Positions 63,510 to 64,000 of a stretch of 64,000 nt of DNA are shown piece by piece (positions within the stretch are counted from its first letter, which is position 1; each line of letters begins with the position of its first letter). The notes below the pieces were generated by a model, which saw only the letters and a list, made by a program, of their open reading frames with translations, was not told the origin of the DNA and ran no database searches. This DNA is from a virus (Duplodnaviria > Caudoviricetes): the IMG/VR virus record IMGVR_UViG_3300021400_000252; one strand, written 5' to 3'. Made by a program: the position numbers and the translations under genes.

Positions 63510-64000
63510 ATGTTAAAAATCAAATTATATCCATGTTTCGAGCATTGGTTAGAATTTAATAATATCTGGTTATATTCTGATCCACACTTCAATGATCCAG
63601 AAATGGTTCATCTAAGAAAGAATTATATTTCTGATGAAGAGCAGGTTAAAAGAATTAATGCCAAAGTTGGTAAAAAAGATTTATTAATTTGCTTAGGAGA
63701 TGTAGGAGATATTTCTTTTGTTTCAAAGTTAAGAGCTGGATATAAAGTATTAATTAAGGGTAATCATGACGATAAAGGTGATGCCTACTATCAAAGAGAA
63801 ATTATCGAAAGATTTTCTAATGAAAATATGGATGAATTAGATAAAACAACATTTGCATTAGCAGGAGTTACTGGCGAACAGGATATTATCCATAAAATAG
63901 TTAGAAAATATACTAAGGTTGAAGATAATCACTTATTTGATGAAGTATATTCAGGACCAATTTGGATTGCTGAGAAAATCTTATTGTCTCATGAACCAAT
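63510..64000 (+). CDS. Calcineurin-like metallophosphoesterase (runs off window)
   Basis: SDPHF, LGDVG, KGNHD, SHEP; GAGGTG RBS. Confidence 0.85.
   Translation, partial: MLKIKLYPCFEHWLEFNNIWLYSDPHFNDPEMVHLRKNYISDEEQVKRINAKVGKKDLLICLGDVGDISFVSKLRAGYKVLIKGNHDDKGDAYYQREIIERFSNENMDELDKTTFALAGVTGEQDIIHKIVRKYTKVEDNHLFDEVYSGPIWIAEKILLSHEP

Overview
A 64-kb, very AT-rich segment of a large T4-like myovirus genome with every gene on the + strand. 1-13.5 kb: 3' part of a type IA topoisomerase, a MoxR-type AAA+/HExxH/VWA trio, a nucleotidyltransferase and a SWIM protein. 13.5-50.9 kb: a virion module (terminase, portal, protease-scaffold fusion, major capsid, neck, sheath, tube, tail chaperone, tape measure, baseplate, fibre). 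51-64 kb: SNF2 helicase, SIS isomerase, a ROOL-like large RNA, 18 tRNA genes, YqeY, a HAD phosphatase, a TerD-like protein and a phosphoesterase. The phage reads TGA as Trp: 21 in-frame TGA codons interrupt 16 genes between 10 and 50.5 kb, often at conserved Trp positions, no called gene ends in TGA, and a tRNA-Trp(UCA) is encoded. The standard-code ORF track therefore fragments these genes. The most novel signals are in the tRNA region. (1) A 44-codon leader peptide upstream of an attenuator-like terminator whose residues 8-43 use only, and all of, the ten non-Met amino acids whose tRNAs lie downstream. (2) Three more cognate-codon leaders (Phe, Tyr, Met) placed directly before the matching tRNA genes. 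Together these suggest ribosome-based sensing of tRNA depletion. (3) Six copies of a covarying bulged-stem RNA, two carrying inside-out (YrlA/Y-RNA-like) tRNA domains, four of them immediately upstream of the 676-aa TerD-like gene. All product calls come from motif recognition by eye; no searches or folding programs were run.
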